DNA of 64,000 nucleotides from Stegostoma tigrinum (taxonomy: Eukaryota). Both the position numbers and the translations under genes were made by a program. Position 1 is the stretch's first letter. The number at the start of each line of letters is the position of its first letter. The stretch covers positions 62,872,312 to 62,936,311 of the forward strand of contig NC_081363.1 of assembly GCF_030684315.1 (NCBI RefSeq), given 5' to 3'. Positions 12,548-25,311 of the stretch are shown here, piece by piece. The notes under the pieces are model-generated. The model was given only the letters and a program-made list of their open reading frames with translations, made no database searches and was not told the origin of the DNA.

Positions 12548-13878
12548 TGTTATGGTTACAACACAGAATGACAAACCAAGTTCAGACTATTCTGAATTGA
12601 GCATTCTTCAAATTAAACTAGACATTAAGGAAGTTCTCAGAAATTGGGATAAATTATTGAGTTACCTTCCAGAGGAAAATAGAAATGGCCTGAAGGGTTA
12701 TTAGAATCACAAGGGGAGATGTGGGAAAATGTCAGGCAGTACCAATCTGATTATGCATACGGGATCTAATTCTGTGTTTGTTGATTGCGTTATGGGTTGA
12801 GAACCATGCCTCGAGGAATTCCCATGTGTGTCTATGTTTGGCTTGGCTAATATAGTTATTTTTTCCCAGTTGAACTGATGGCCTGCATTGTCTGAATGTA
12901 CGGATATCGAGGAGAGTTCATCATGCCGTTTTGTTGCTAGCTGATGTTCATGGCTAGTTTCCTTCCTGTCTGCCTAGTGTAATGTTTGTGGCAGTCCTTG
13001 CATGGTATTTCGTAAACATGTCTGTTTTGGGAATGGGGTCTTTAATCCTTGTAAGCGTTTGCCATGAAGTGGCTATGGGCTTGTATGCTACCATGATCCA
13101 TAGCAGTCTTAGGAGTCTTGCTATCAGTTCCAATATGTTCCTGATGTAGGGCAGTGTAGTCAATATTTTAAGTCATACTGTGTCCTCCTGTTGTTGCCAG
13201 GCATATATAAACCAATACAGATCAAAACCGGAAATGATAGTGCTCACCATAACGTACCGGACAGTATAAATTCCAAGCGGAGTAGAATAAAATTGCTTCA
13301 TCGGAGTTTCCACTGTCGATGTTATGTAGCATGGTGATGAAACATCTGAACAAAAATAAGCCAGCTCGGCGAGCAAGTCAACCACCTCAGAATAGAAGCA
13401 GCCTGAATGGTGGGGACAGCCTCCCATAGAACCAAGATTTTTAGTTCTGGTTTTCAGCAGTTGCTGGGGTCTTGAACCTGGATGTGAAAGCTCCTGTTGC
13501 TCTCTCTGTTACAGCTAAAATCTGTGGTCCTTTTCCTGCTGCTAGAATTACATTTAAGACAATCTATTTTACTGAATTTGCCTTTGCCAAGGGTATGTTT
13601 ATGAAATGTTACTATATTAGAAGAGCTAATTAGTAGTAATGTACATTATTCTGTTAAGCAATTTGATACAGTTCCAGTTAAGCTAATTTTTTTCTCTCAT
13701 TTTTATTTTGTCTGTATTTTAACTGTAATGTAAAAATAAAGTGCCTATGCTGAAGGTAAAGTAGTTTGACCAACTGAATTGCATGTAGAATGCAATGCCT
13801 AATACTCACCTGTAAAATAAGAAAATAATAGGTTACCTTTATGATATATTTTGAGGGGGTTTGGTCTGGTCCACAACA
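12548..13878 (+). mobile_element. Solo LTR interrupted by a PLE fragment
   Basis: Begins TGTTATGG and ends CCACAACA (inverted termini), with AATAAA near 13735. Flanks AGTG/AATG resemble a 4-bp TSD. Splits CR1 sequence. Confidence 0.65.
12740..13390. mobile_element. Penelope/Poseidon-type PLE fragment with 5' inversion
   Basis: Minus part encodes LPYIRNILELIARLLR...KDPIP / KIPCKDCHKHYTRQTGRKLA.HEHQLATKRHD (GIY-YIG). Plus part 13200-13390 is the 3' end with a degenerate hammerhead (CACTGTCGATG...GGTGATGAAACATCTG). Confidence 0.8.
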
Positions 13879-14240
13879 AATGACTAGATGAGATCTATAT
13901 TCATAGATATTAGATATACTGATTGGTACTGTAAAATTTACAAGGGGCTTGACAGAGTAGGTGATGAGTAAGTCTAGCTTTGAAATCTTGCACACAGGGT
14001 CACAGATGCAGAATAAGGTGGTCAAGTTTCTTCACTCAAAAGGAATTCTCCAATACTGTAGATCAATGAATGTTCAGTCATTCAGTATATTAAAGGCAGA
14101 AGTTGATAGATTTTTGGTTACGAAAGCCACAAGGAAATTCTGGGAGAACATGGTGATGGGCTAGAAGACCAATTGTGATCTTGTTGCACGGTTCAGTAGT
14201 TCAAAGAGGCAAATGGTCTATTCCTGCAGCTAGTTCTGTG
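13879..14240 (+). mobile_element. CR1 LINE 3' end, decayed
   Basis: KIYKGLDRVG- and LKAEVDRFL-like peptides, CR1-type 3' UTR. Confidence 0.65.
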
Positions 14241-15760
14241 TTTGCATGTGTGTGTTTTACCCAACCATCCCATCTGTTGAATTCATTTTTAAACTACTGC
14301 TTACCTATTTTAGCTTCCATTTCCATTAAAGAACTATTCTGAAACTTCTGTTACCTCTGCAGTGCTGATGATATGCTGAATATTTCCAATGTTGTCTGTT
14401 TCTATTTCAGATTTCCAGAATCACTTATAGGATCAAATCCATTCAACTATATCCAGCAGAATTCAGAGGATATAATAGAATGGATTTTTAACTGCTGCCC
14501 AGGCAGTAAGATTCAACCAGTTGTTATAGAAACACCTGCTTTTATTCCATGGTCGTTTTCCTTCTCATTCTATTTCAGCCAACATTAAATATCAGAAGCA
14601 AGTCATATAGTTTTGTGGGGAAAAAAAAGGAAAAAGGACTTTTTTCCCAAAAATCTATTTGACGTGTTCTTTTATTTATTGTTGACTGTAATAGATGGAG
14701 ATAGAATATGATCATGGAGTAAAATCAGATATTTCTATCATGCCAGGCTTTGAAGAGGCCAGAATACAGTAAGTTGTGACATCAGTACCTATCTCCTGTA
14801 GAATAGAGATAATTTCAGTCAATGGTTTACTGAAACCTTGCAAATGATCTTTTTCAGCAATGACTTTATGAAGGTAAAAGTAACATATCCTGGCTTGGGA
14901 TTGAAGTGTTTGATGTTGCTGTCTGGAATCTTTGAATGATTTGAATCCAAGACATGAAACACTGTACTACTGATGCGTTTGCATCAGCCTCTGGTTTCCT
15001 GCACCAGACTTTCACTGAAACATTCACACCCTAATAGATGCTGTTGTAATAGGACTGTTGAGCTAAATTTACACTGAACACCATGTGATCTTGATGAGAA
15101 AATCCTAGTATAGAGCAACAAAATTGTATTTCATTTTGGCTGCTCTGCCTCCAGCAAGACCACCTGCATAGGTAGCTTAATACTGGAGTAGAATGTGAGC
15201 TGTGGTGTAGTAGCTGAAATTGGCACAATACCACAGAAATCAGTGTCATGACACACATTGTGAAACCAACTTATCTGCTGTCACAGGTCTAACCCATAGC
15301 CTGAGTCGAAAACAGAATTAAATATGTGCAGTTAGGAGAAGCAGTCTGCTGGTTACAACTTGCCTTATTTTTCTGTTTGCAGCTATTCTAATTTGCTGCC
15401 TTTTTTTTACATGAACCACTACTTCTCAACATTTAGTCCACATATAAACAATAACATTGCCATTACTAGTGTTGTTTAGCTCATGACCATGGCTTCTGTC
15501 TTCTCATTTATCATATCTCTTACAAGCAGTTGTGTAAATAGTTTATCTGCAAAATTTACTAATGTCTGAAAAATGACAAAGAATACGGAGTGTGATTGAT
15601 CTGTATCTGTTTCTTTTAATGCAGGCAGCACACAAATATTATGCTGGTTTCTTACTTAAATGTTTGTTTTCTTTTGTGTGTGGCCAGCGGTAAGCACGCT
15701 GTTGAATTGTGTTGGTGGTGAAACCGGTTGTAGGAGTCTGAACAAGAACAAGAAAGAAGG

Positions 15761-17700
15761 ATGGCACAGTGTAGCAGGCCCCTACCTATTTCAGCATGGC
15801 ACTGGGAGCTTCGGCCAAGGTGCGGAGAAGGATGGATATCAGCAGTGCAAACAAAAACCTTTGGTGGTCATTACTGGAGGTATAGTCCCAAGGTCCTGAT
15901 TCAGTGTGGAAGAAAGTCAGTGACTTCAAATGAATGGTCAAGGTCATGTCAATGAATTTTCAATTCATTTTTCTTCATAGTACTTTCAACTCCCACACAT
16001 TATGTTGCGCTTCACACCTCCATCACTTACCTACAAACAGGGATAGGGACAGAAATCACCGGCCTGGGAGCTGATCCTGGCCCTGGCCTCTAGCTTCACC
16101 CAACCCCTGACATGAGTACAGCAGCTCTGCCTTTGACTCCAATTGCTTTAGGCTCCCTTGAGCCACTGTTCCTTATTATTTGCACTCATGTATTCCCCCT
16201 GTCCTGCTTCCTTCCTACAATAGACTCTATCAATTAGGACTCATGCCTGATGATTACTTCAACTTCACACCTACATCTCATGGTTTACATAACAACTATT
16301 CACATTGGTAGTCCCATTAGACAAACACACTGACACACGTTCTTCTCTCTGCAGAAAACGTTGATGCACAATTAGAGGGAGCAGGAGCTAACTGGTGAGG
16401 TACAAATGTACCTACATACCTTTATGCCAATGGTGCTCACTGCTATTGGTGCAGCTTTGACATAGGCTGTAGCCTGCAGTGAGGCTGTGGACCGTAGTCA
16501 GTAATGCTCATTCTCATGCCTTGATTCCTTTCCATCCACAATGTCTTCTGATGTAGAATCTGCAGATAGCGTACAAATGCTGCTCTTGATTCCTGTCCCC
16601 CTCCAGCCGCTCATAAACCCTTAACACAACTTTCCCCACTGCCTTTTTCCTTTTGTGTGCCTAGGAACTGCAACCTGACTAGAAAGAGGTGGAAGAGAAT
16701 GAAGTGGAAGCGCAGAAAGTTTGTAATGAGGCAGAAACATGGCTATTTATGCTTACACTCACAAGCAATACTATTCTGTGTAAGGCAGAGTATGGAACCT
16801 AGAATGTGAGTGTAATGCAGCTACGACTGGGAAACAGGTTTGTCCGGGTTCAAGTTGTGAGAGGTGTCCCATGCAAGTTTTGATGCAAAGAAGTGGGTAA
16901 GCACTTTGATGCGGTGGTGGCCAGGAAAAGTTACATGATCACACACACAAAATTTCATGTTGCATTCTCAGGCCTGCCAAAAAGCTTGAGGTTACTGTGA
17001 AGGAACATATAGGAGCTTTTTTTCACATATTTGGCACATGCCTTTGCATGGAGCTTGGAGCTCATCTTTTGGGGCATAAAATTAGTGGTCAACTCCATGG
17101 GTATACTTGTGAAATCAACGACATTGCAGCATCTGATTCTGATACTCCAGCTCCAATTGAAGCACATGCAGAGTTCTCCGAAGTCCGGATGCTGCAATGG
17201 AAACTCAGACTGCTGCTATTGCTAAAAATACCAGTATGCATTACAAAGGTCTCACAATAGCTTCACTCAGGCTTGCTGAGGCACCACACCATTGGAGGGG
17301 TGATAATGGGAACTGCAGATGCTGGAGAATTCCAAGATAATAAAATGTGAGGCTGGATGAACACAGCCAGCCCAGCAGCATCTCAGGAGCACAAAAGCTG
17401 ACGTTTCGGGCCTAGACCCTTCATCAGAGAGTGGTAGTGTCTCCATAAGCTGCAAACCCACTTGTGATTCCTCTGTTAAAATTTGTCCTCCCATTATTGC
17501 CATGTTGTTAGGGTCCTCCCAGTTGTCTCTCAATTAATTAGATTGGACTTTTACCATTCATGCATTGGCCATACACTTGAAAACAGGCTTCCCAGATATA
17601 ATTTGCCAAAGTCTGCCCAAAAAGACCATGCGCAGTTTTCCTCACTGAAAATCAACAGTCTTCCAGCAGCCATGCTCTAGCCATGAGGTAAAACACAAAA
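15761..17700 (+). pseudogene. Harbinger-associated Myb/SANT-like gene, three decayed exons
   Basis: Exon 1 ends in a PRS.IQC.KK.SD..MVK|GT-like segment (~15942). Exon 2 follows TCTCTGCAG (16354): KTLMHN*REQELTGEVQ (cf. K.AHNRRE...TGGG). Exon 3 follows CCTAG (16665) and starts acidic (EVEENEVE). Confidence 0.6.
17302..17431 (-). mobile_element. PLE mini-insertion (hammerhead + tail only)
   Basis: 130-bp near-exact copy of the PLE terminus. Hammerhead core at 17400-17427. Confidence 0.92.
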
Positions 17701-18029
17701 AGAATCCACAAGAGTGATTAGCTGATCTCTCAGTGCAATATAACATGGTTATAATCTCAAAGTTAGTTTGCAATGGTCATTCTGATGGCCTATACTTCAG
17801 GATTTTGGCAAGAAGAAGCTGAGATGCCTAGCAGTAGTAAGAAAATAGGGGATTATTTTTGATTGAGATCTGAGATTGAACTCAGTGCTGTCACAGTTGA
17901 ATAGGGCAATTACAAACAGCCCAGCAAGAAAAGGGATATGGTGGTTCTCTCCTCTCTTCCTGTTCAGCTGTTCATTATATATTTGTGCCCTCATGATAGC
18001 TGAGATAATGCAGGATTAATAGACAACAG

Positions 18030-18900
18030 AAAATTGTGACACGTACTCTGCAATGTAGTAGAGTGGTCCAGACACTGGAAGGACTCTAATGGTTTGCTTG
18101 ATGACGTCCCTGTAGCTACTCAGATTTAGTTTGATGCATGCTGTCCATGTGTGCATTGAGTTGCACAGTGGAACCGTGAGCAGATAACGCTTGTTGCCTA
18201 GTAACCACTCTCTTGTTTGTTGAGGCGACTGAATTCCAGATAATACAGCAAATAGTAAGCAGAACATAAGCATCATGAGTTTCAGGATAGTGGGCAAGGG
18301 TCCGATTGCAACCCAGTTGAACACTGAGGGAGTGAAATCCGTTCAAATTGCAACCACCTCAGAGCTGACATATGGGATTGATGAAGTGATATGTGTGGAA
18401 TCATTGCTTGATTAGTCTTGCTTACTAATACTATCAGTCTGATCTGACAGTTTGATCTGACTGTAAACTTTACATATAGATCCTCAGTACCCTGTAATAC
18501 CCTGAAATACTGTAAACTTTACATATAGATCCTCAGTACCCTGCATTATGGAACAGTGCACGGTGATCAGAGCAATATTAAAATATTGCAGTGATATTGC
18601 AAAATTACTTGTTGCAGTCAGGAAGGAGGCCAGTGTATTTAATTTAGCAGCCAGGATCATCATCACAACATCATCATCCTCATCCTGCTCTGAGGCAATA
18701 TTCTGCCTGGAAACAGTGGCAGATCTCAATAAGCATTTCTTTAGTGTGATCAAAGTGCTAACACACTGTTTCTCACCAAAGTCAGACAGGAAAAATGGTG
18801 GATATGGCTTTCGGCTGCATGCCCCTCTCCTGGTCCCCTGTTTGTTTGAGGAACTTCTCTGCTTCACAATTTTTTTGTTCACCAAATCATGTTGCAAGCC
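18030..18900 (-). pseudogene. Harbinger (HARBI1-like) DDE transposase remnant
   Basis: RKPYPP...FGEKQCV; VHCSIMQGTEDLY; DSTHI; NGFHSLSVQLGC; HYPETHDAYVL; WLLGNKRYLL; VIKQTIRVL; FQCLDHS are collinear with Harbinger motifs (DCTH, GFHSLNVQ, YPGSSHD, LLGDKGYPL, IEQTIG.LK.RFRCLD). Confidence 0.85.
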
Positions 18901-21464
18901 AAGGTGAGGTGGAAACTATAGCACCAGTGAATTGGAGCAAAATATTCTGAAAAGATCCGTTGAAATCAGAACCAATGTCTTTACCGAATTCCATATCACC
19001 TCCTTTCGAGTTTGATAACTTTAAGTGACAAAGCAAACCAACAAACACTTTTTGTATCACAGCAAAAGCCAGCAGAATCAATTAGCAATTAATCTAAAGG
19101 TAAATAATATAGCCTTTAAAAATCACTTGTGGGGGTGCCCTCCCTATTGCTGTGCACCAGTTTAGCTTTTTAGAGTTAGGAGAGGATGTTAGTTGGAATA
19201 TTCAATAAAAATAAAACAGCACTCACATCAAGTCAGTGTTAAATGCTGACTAACATCATGATTGGCCTAATGTGCTTAATTCCAGGAAACACTTCACACG
19301 CCAGCACTTTTGCCTTATATTCAGAATGATTTTTGAAGTGTGAGCATTGCCTGCAGACACTATTTCAGATCTGAAATGACACCTACAGTACTGAAAATAC
19401 AGGGCCCGTGCTGCTAAGTATTATGACCCTTTTGCTCCATTCCCCCTTAAGTTTGTTTTTACTCTTCTGTGTTGATACTTTCAAGACAACAAAGAATGGA
19501 CAACAAATTCTGCCCATGCCAGCATTCCCTAAAAAGACAGGAAAAAACAAAAAAAATTAGCGATGCTGATTCAAGCATTAAAGATGTTAATTAACAAATG
19601 TATGGCTAGATGAGAATTTTCATGAGTGAGTTGATTAAATACCTCATTAATGACAAAGTTGCAAGTGTTCAATATTAAGTTTATGAGAGTAAATATCTGT
19701 CTTCATACTTTTCAAATCATTTATTCATGAGTGCATGCATTTTAGTGATGAGCATTATCAGCACACTGCTCCTCATTTTGTTTTGTCACCCTCATATCTC
19801 AGACTAGACATACCTGGATGTGATGTTGGAGCTTGCCTGTCTTGATAAATGATGTGATTAAACAGGGAAAAAATATAGCTACTATAAACTTTGATGACTG
19901 CAATCTAACAGAAGAAGCATTGATGAAATATAGTGTCAAAATTATTACCTCATTAACCGAAAAAAAAAGCCTATGCACACACCTCAATGGTTGTATACTG
20001 CCACTGCCAATCTGTTAATTTGTTATAACTTATTGAAGTTCAAGTAGTCAGTCTGTGTTTTACTTTAAAACAGCAGTCATGGTGTTTGCTTACTCTCAGA
20101 AGTTTATTTGGCCTAATGACTCTAATGTAAGCGTTCTTACGTTGTTCCATTAATGCCAATTTTGAAGTGAGCTTAATGTTGACAAGAAGCTGGGGTGAAT
20201 TTAGTTATGAAACCTGGCTAACTTATGGAACAATGATTAATATTGTCTTCTGCCCATGGCAATAACTTGCAATGTGTAAATAATGATCCACAGTTATCAT
20301 TGATTTCCTTCCCTTGTGTTTACTGCTGTAATTTTCTCATTCCTGCCTGTGGGAATGGGGCTTGTTTCCAATAGAAATTTATTGCAATAATCAGTGATTG
20401 GACTGTTACTCTGTGCTAACTCCTCCTGACCCTCACAACCAAACACAATCTTTAAGAGAAAGGTCTTTAGGATCCATATCTTATAATTTTATGCTGATTA
20501 ATTGATTAGACACATCTAGAAGAAATGTAATCACCAGAATCAAATAGTAATGGATGCTTTTCAAGGAAGAACTTGTGATCTGTGAATAAAGAAATTGTAA
20601 TCAGTTCATTGTTTGCCCAGTTTCAAATGGATGCTTATTTATTCATGAGTTGGGAATAGCTTTCTATTTTCTACCTTGCCAATTTGACAAACCAAGAAAC
20701 TGCTAACTATTACCTTATTCATGATTTGAGAATAGAGATTTATTTATATTTTTGTAGCTGACATATGAATTGGATTTCTTTCATATCGATGTAGCACAGT
20801 TGTTTCTAGAAAACTGCTGGAATAAGGAACATTTTACTGTATTTATTTCTAAGTCATGATAATGATTGCTATCATTTTTTTAATCTGGAGGTTGTAAAAT
20901 AATAAAGGAAATTGAGCTCTTGTTCAAGAAAATAAATGGCACTGTATCAAAGCATCACTTTAAATGTTAAGATAATTTTAAATCATTTAGACAACATCTT
21001 TAAGAAAGTGAGTAACAGAATATAAGGAGATTACCAATTATAATGTTGTTAAACTAGACTAACAAACAACTGCACTACTTATGAAACATTGTTATAAAGA
21101 TATCAGCAATTTACACAGAATTTCTTACCAGCATCATATTGGATGTATGTGCTGTAACTTTATCTCAACTTGTGTAATCTTTGCACTTAACTGTTGCTAC
21201 TTATTTGTTCATTTCCTCTCCATGGTTTTAGCACACAGTGGTAATTTGAGCTTTTGTTAACAGAGTAGATTGAAATAGTTGAGTAGATGTAGCACAATTT
21301 ATGCTATTATTAATCATGTAAGGTAACCAAATTTGCTTTCATTGGTGTCTTCTGAAACTGGTTTCTCATCCTTTCACTATTTATCCCCTTGATTCTATCG
21401 ACCTCTATTTCACATAACTGGGGACAGTGTGAATGGCTTTCTCACCACAGTCTGGACGCCAAAG

Positions 21465-21845
21465 TCATATAAACCTATAGAAGTCTAACAAGGCTAGACA
21501 GGTTAGAGCAGTAAAGACGTTCCTGATGACAGGGGAGTCCTGAACCACAGGTCTTATTTTAAGGATATGGGGTAAATGTTTTACAACTGAGATGGGAAGA
21601 AATTTCTTCATCCAGAGAGTGGCGAGCATGCAGGATTCATTACCAGAGAAAGTAGTTAAGGCCCAAACATTATATGCTTTCAAGAAGGAGGTACATATAG
21701 CTCTTGTAGCTGAAAGGATCAAGGGATATGGAAGAGGGCAGAAATATGGCATTGAGCCTGATGATTAGCCATGATCATGTTGAACAACAGAAGAGGCTAA
21801 GTCGCCTAATGGCCACTCCTGCTCCTATCTTTCTCAGTCACTATG
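21465..21845 (+). mobile_element. CR1 LINE 3' end
   Basis: EMGRNFFIQRVASMQDSLPEKVV.A....FKKEV matches the CR1 ORF2 C-terminus. 3' UTR ...ACTCCTGCTCCTAT. Confidence 0.8.
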
Positions 21846-22182
21846 ACCCCAAACAATAGTAATTAATATAGAAATATGCACATAATCAAGGCTCATAGTC
21901 TTAGGAACCCAGCAAAGTGGACCACAGATAGTAAGATTCTATTAACAAAGGTCAAGCCTTTAGTATCAAAAGTGACAGAAGTAAGGTTGTTTGTTGAAAA
22001 GCTTACCATTTTGATTATATGGATCAAAAAATGTTACGTATGAGGAGGTAAGGTAGAGAAAATAATCATGCATGGGAGCTGAGCATGTCAGGATCTCAAT
22101 AAGCAGCCATGAAAAAAATTGAGTGGGTTAAATCTGGCTAAATGGGAGAAAAATAACTTAAATTACTTCTTGGAAGCACAAA

Positions 22183-22262
22183 ATGCTGCTTGGCCTGCTG
22201 TGTTCATCCAGCTCCACACTTATCTTGGATCCTCCAGCATCTGCAATTCCCATTATCTCTCT
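22183..22262 (+). mobile_element. PLE terminal fragment (tail)
   Basis: ATGCTGCTTGGCCTGCTGTGTTCATCCAGC...CCCATTATCTCT matches the PLE terminus. Confidence 0.8.
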
Positions 22263-22324
22263 TTAAATTATTTCTCCCGGTCTTCCCATTTGCTTGTTTA
22301 TCTATTATATTTCTATTCCCATTT

Positions 22325-22455
22325 GGTTATGAAGAAAGATGCTTTGCTTAAACAGCTAACTGTTTCTTTCCACAGACGTTGCAAGACCTGTTGAATATTT
22401 CCAGCATTTCCTGTTTTTATTTCAGATTTCTAGCAACTGTAGCATTTTCTTTTGC
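22325..22455 (+). mobile_element. Old PLE terminal remnant (second family)
   Basis: CCACAGACGTTGCAAGACCTGTTGAATATTTCCAGCATTTCCTGTTTTTATTTCAGATTTC resembles 40760-40820. Related remnants at ~14340-14422, 35355-35468, 41200-41300 and 54850-54955. Confidence 0.65.
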
Positions 22456-23334
22456 ATCGAGGACAAACCTCAAGATGTCCCATCACCTGCCTGATATGAA
22501 TGTGGTAAGCAGTAAGCTCATGTTGCATTGTTTCTTCTATTTCAGGAATAGATTCAAACTAGTTATCCTTCTGCTTCAATGTGGATAATGCAATCTTCAT
22601 GGTGCTTTGCACAGTTTGCGACTTGTGTGATATTATAGGACTGTATGCAGTCAAGACATCTGTGCCCAGTGTCATCTCTGCATTTGACCATCAGATTTCA
22701 TATTATTAAGAATGTCTAGCCCCTTGTTTGAACTTCTGCACAAATTTCTACACCTGTAAGAAATCCCACAAGAGCAGCCCACCATCTTAATTTTGAAAAG
22801 CTATGTTAACCAGATTGAAACTGATTGACTGGGCAGGATTTTAATCGGTCTTAGTGATGTGGGCTACATAGAAAGTGTGGCAAAATCAGGCAAAGAGTGC
22901 AGTGAGGCCCATCTTAATGTTGAGATCATCTGGCTCTATCTTTTATGTTTTTCACAAGCGATGTAGAGAGATACCTTGCCTTGCCTTGACTTGCAATGTT
23001 TTGCTGTGCTAATTTGCACAGTCTCACAACTAGGCAGCTTGCATAGCTCCTCATCAGATCTTAGTCAAGGATATGGACATCTTGCTGTGTAGCAGTATGC
23101 TAAGTCCATCTTACAACTTCACTATGAGCCAGCAGCTTGGCTGGCAAATACACTGCATGGGCAGCAAAGGGACAGCCATGTATCCAACTGTCAGGGGAGT
23201 CGTCTTCAATGCTGTCTTTGGAGGCAGCCTTCCACAATAGTACAGGAAATTGGTTATGGTCAGCCGTGGATCTGTTTGGTGGGTAAGCACTGAGAGAGTC
23301 CATGACTCTGCCATCGAGGCATTAGGGCATGGTC

Positions 23335-23672
23335 AATTCTGGCTCAGCAGCTCGCATTTCTGCCTCACAGTATTAGGGACCTGGGTTCAATTCCACCCTT
23401 GGACAACTGTCTGTATGGAGTATGCACATTCTCCCCGGGTCTGCATGGGTTTCCTCCAGGTGCTCCGGTTTCCTCCCACAGCCCAAAGTTGTGCAGGCTA
23501 GGGGAATTGGTCATACTAAACTGCCCATAGTGTTGAGGGATGTGTTGATTAGGTGGGTTAGACATGGAACATACAGGGATGGGGGAATGGTTCTGGGTGG
23601 GATGCTCTTTGGAGGGGTGGTGTGGCTTTATTGGGCCAAATGACCTGTTTCCAAACTGTAGGTATTCTATGG
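23335..23672 (+). mobile_element. HE1/V-SINE (tRNA-derived SINE)
   Basis: A-box TGGCTCAG, B-box GGTTCAATTCC, V-domain TGCACATTCTCCCC..GGGTTTCCTCCAGGTGCTCCGGTTTCCTCCCACA, CR1-like 3' tail ATTCTATG. Confidence 0.88.
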
Positions 23673-24667
23673 TTATGATTATGATAATCCATCGGTACAG
23701 AAGTGGTAAAGGTAGGGGCAGAAGGGGCATGAATAGGCACTAGTCAGGGGTCTGGGTATGGATTGCCCAGAGCTGCCTGGTCATACTGGTTGAGCGTTGG
23801 GCCTCGGTCAGTGTGGTCAGTCCATCCTCAGGTGGGTGGGAGTTGTGATGGCGCTGAACCTTGGCAAATCATGCTCCACCACTGGGGGTGGCTGACACTT
23901 GTGGAAGTAAAAATCTTATGGTTTTGGCAGGATGGGTTACTAGGAATCAGATGGGGATATCTAGGGGCTCACTGACACCATCAGACTGAAGCTGGGGACC
24001 ACTTGAAGAGGAGTGCATACTGTCACCTTCCAACAAATTGGAAGTTCAAAGAAACTGCCCATGAGCACAATCTGAGTTGGCAGGGTATGTGTGTCTCAAC
24101 CTGCAAGGGAGGGAGCAGCAACGCTCATTGTTCAGAGAGCTTTTAAAGAAGAACTACATCAGTCATACACCCCTAAAATGTCTAGTGTAAAAACCTGGAG
24201 GATATACACACCCTGGCCTCACTGCACTATTGACCCTCTCTGAAGTTGGCAACTACCAAGCATAGCCATTGCTGGACAATGGCAGCTACCCCTTTGTGCA
24301 CAGAGTGATCCAAACATTAGGGATCATCATCCACAAAGGCCAAAGGTGCCAGCAAGACACAAAGCCATAGGTCTGCATTGTTGGCCTTGACTGTAGTTGA
24401 TTTTGTCAGGTCCATGCACAGATCTCAATCCGCGAAGCCTCTTGTGGAAACAGCTACTTGGTAGTGTAACAATTCATTGGGTACCTACATACAGAGGGAA
24501 ATAACATCTATGTACAAAATGTGAAAAACAGAATTATTTTCTTCACCTGGGTCATCAAGGTGACCTCAATATGTTTTCTCCATTCTTTCCCTCCCACCTT
24601 ATCTAAGTGCTCTCCATGGTCCCACGGCAGGAGGAAGGAGCCTGCACAATTTTTTGTTTTAAACTCA

Positions 24668-24945
24668 TCCCCAGGATGTGGGAGTCTGTGTTCAGGCCAG
24701 CATTTACTGCTCATCCCTAACTGCCTACAGTCAACCATGTTGCTGTGGGTCTGGAGTCACATGTCGGCCAGACCAAGTAAGAATAGCAGTTTCTTTTCCT
24801 AGAGGACATTAGTGAACCAGATGATTTTTTTCCCACAAGCAGCAATATGTTTGTGGTCATTTTCAGAATCCTAATTTCAGATTTTTAAAAAAATTGAATT
24901 CAATTCACCATCTGCCGTTGTGAGATTTGAACCCATGTTCCAAGA
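24668..24945 (-). mobile_element. Deu-type tRNA SINE
   Basis: Minus-strand B-box GGGTTCAAATCTC; homologous to 53745-54095. Confidence 0.75.
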
Positions 24946-25311
24946 TCAAAAGGCTCCCATTTAGAAAGCCTGTCATGCCTGGAGCTTTGGTGGTGCTTGT
25001 GTCTGGATGGGCCAGACATGTTGAGGGTCTTCATGCTGGAGGAAAGTTGACCGTTCTCAGAATGAAATTCGAAGGATCAGAGCGGTGGAGGCAGGAAGAA
25101 GCTGGAGAGCCTGACCATCTCTGCAATGCCCTGAGTCAGAGGCAGACATGTGCAGAGGCATACATAGAGTGTGAGGTAGTAGAGAGGAATGTGTGGCACT
25201 TACCCTGGGAAACCAGAGAAGTTCGTTGAACCATTTGCAGCACTGTAGGTCAATCCTCCACGCCCTGGAAATGTCTCTGATTCAAACGTTGACCCCAGAG
25301 CAGGCTGGATT

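Larger units (their letters stand above)
15641..19515. mobile_element. Decayed PIF/Harbinger DNA transposon (Myb/SANT + transposase, convergent)
   Basis: Myb/SANT-like exons on plus and transposase motifs on minus. Candidate TIRs ATGCTGGTTTTC (15641) and AAATTCTGCCC (19505-19515). Confidence 0.65.

Noticed and set aside
14478-14518. Short imperfect palindrome resembling fused Harbinger TIRs
   Set aside because: Too short and degenerate to support.
23335-23400. tRNA-like A and B boxes
   Set aside because: SINE head, not a tRNA gene.
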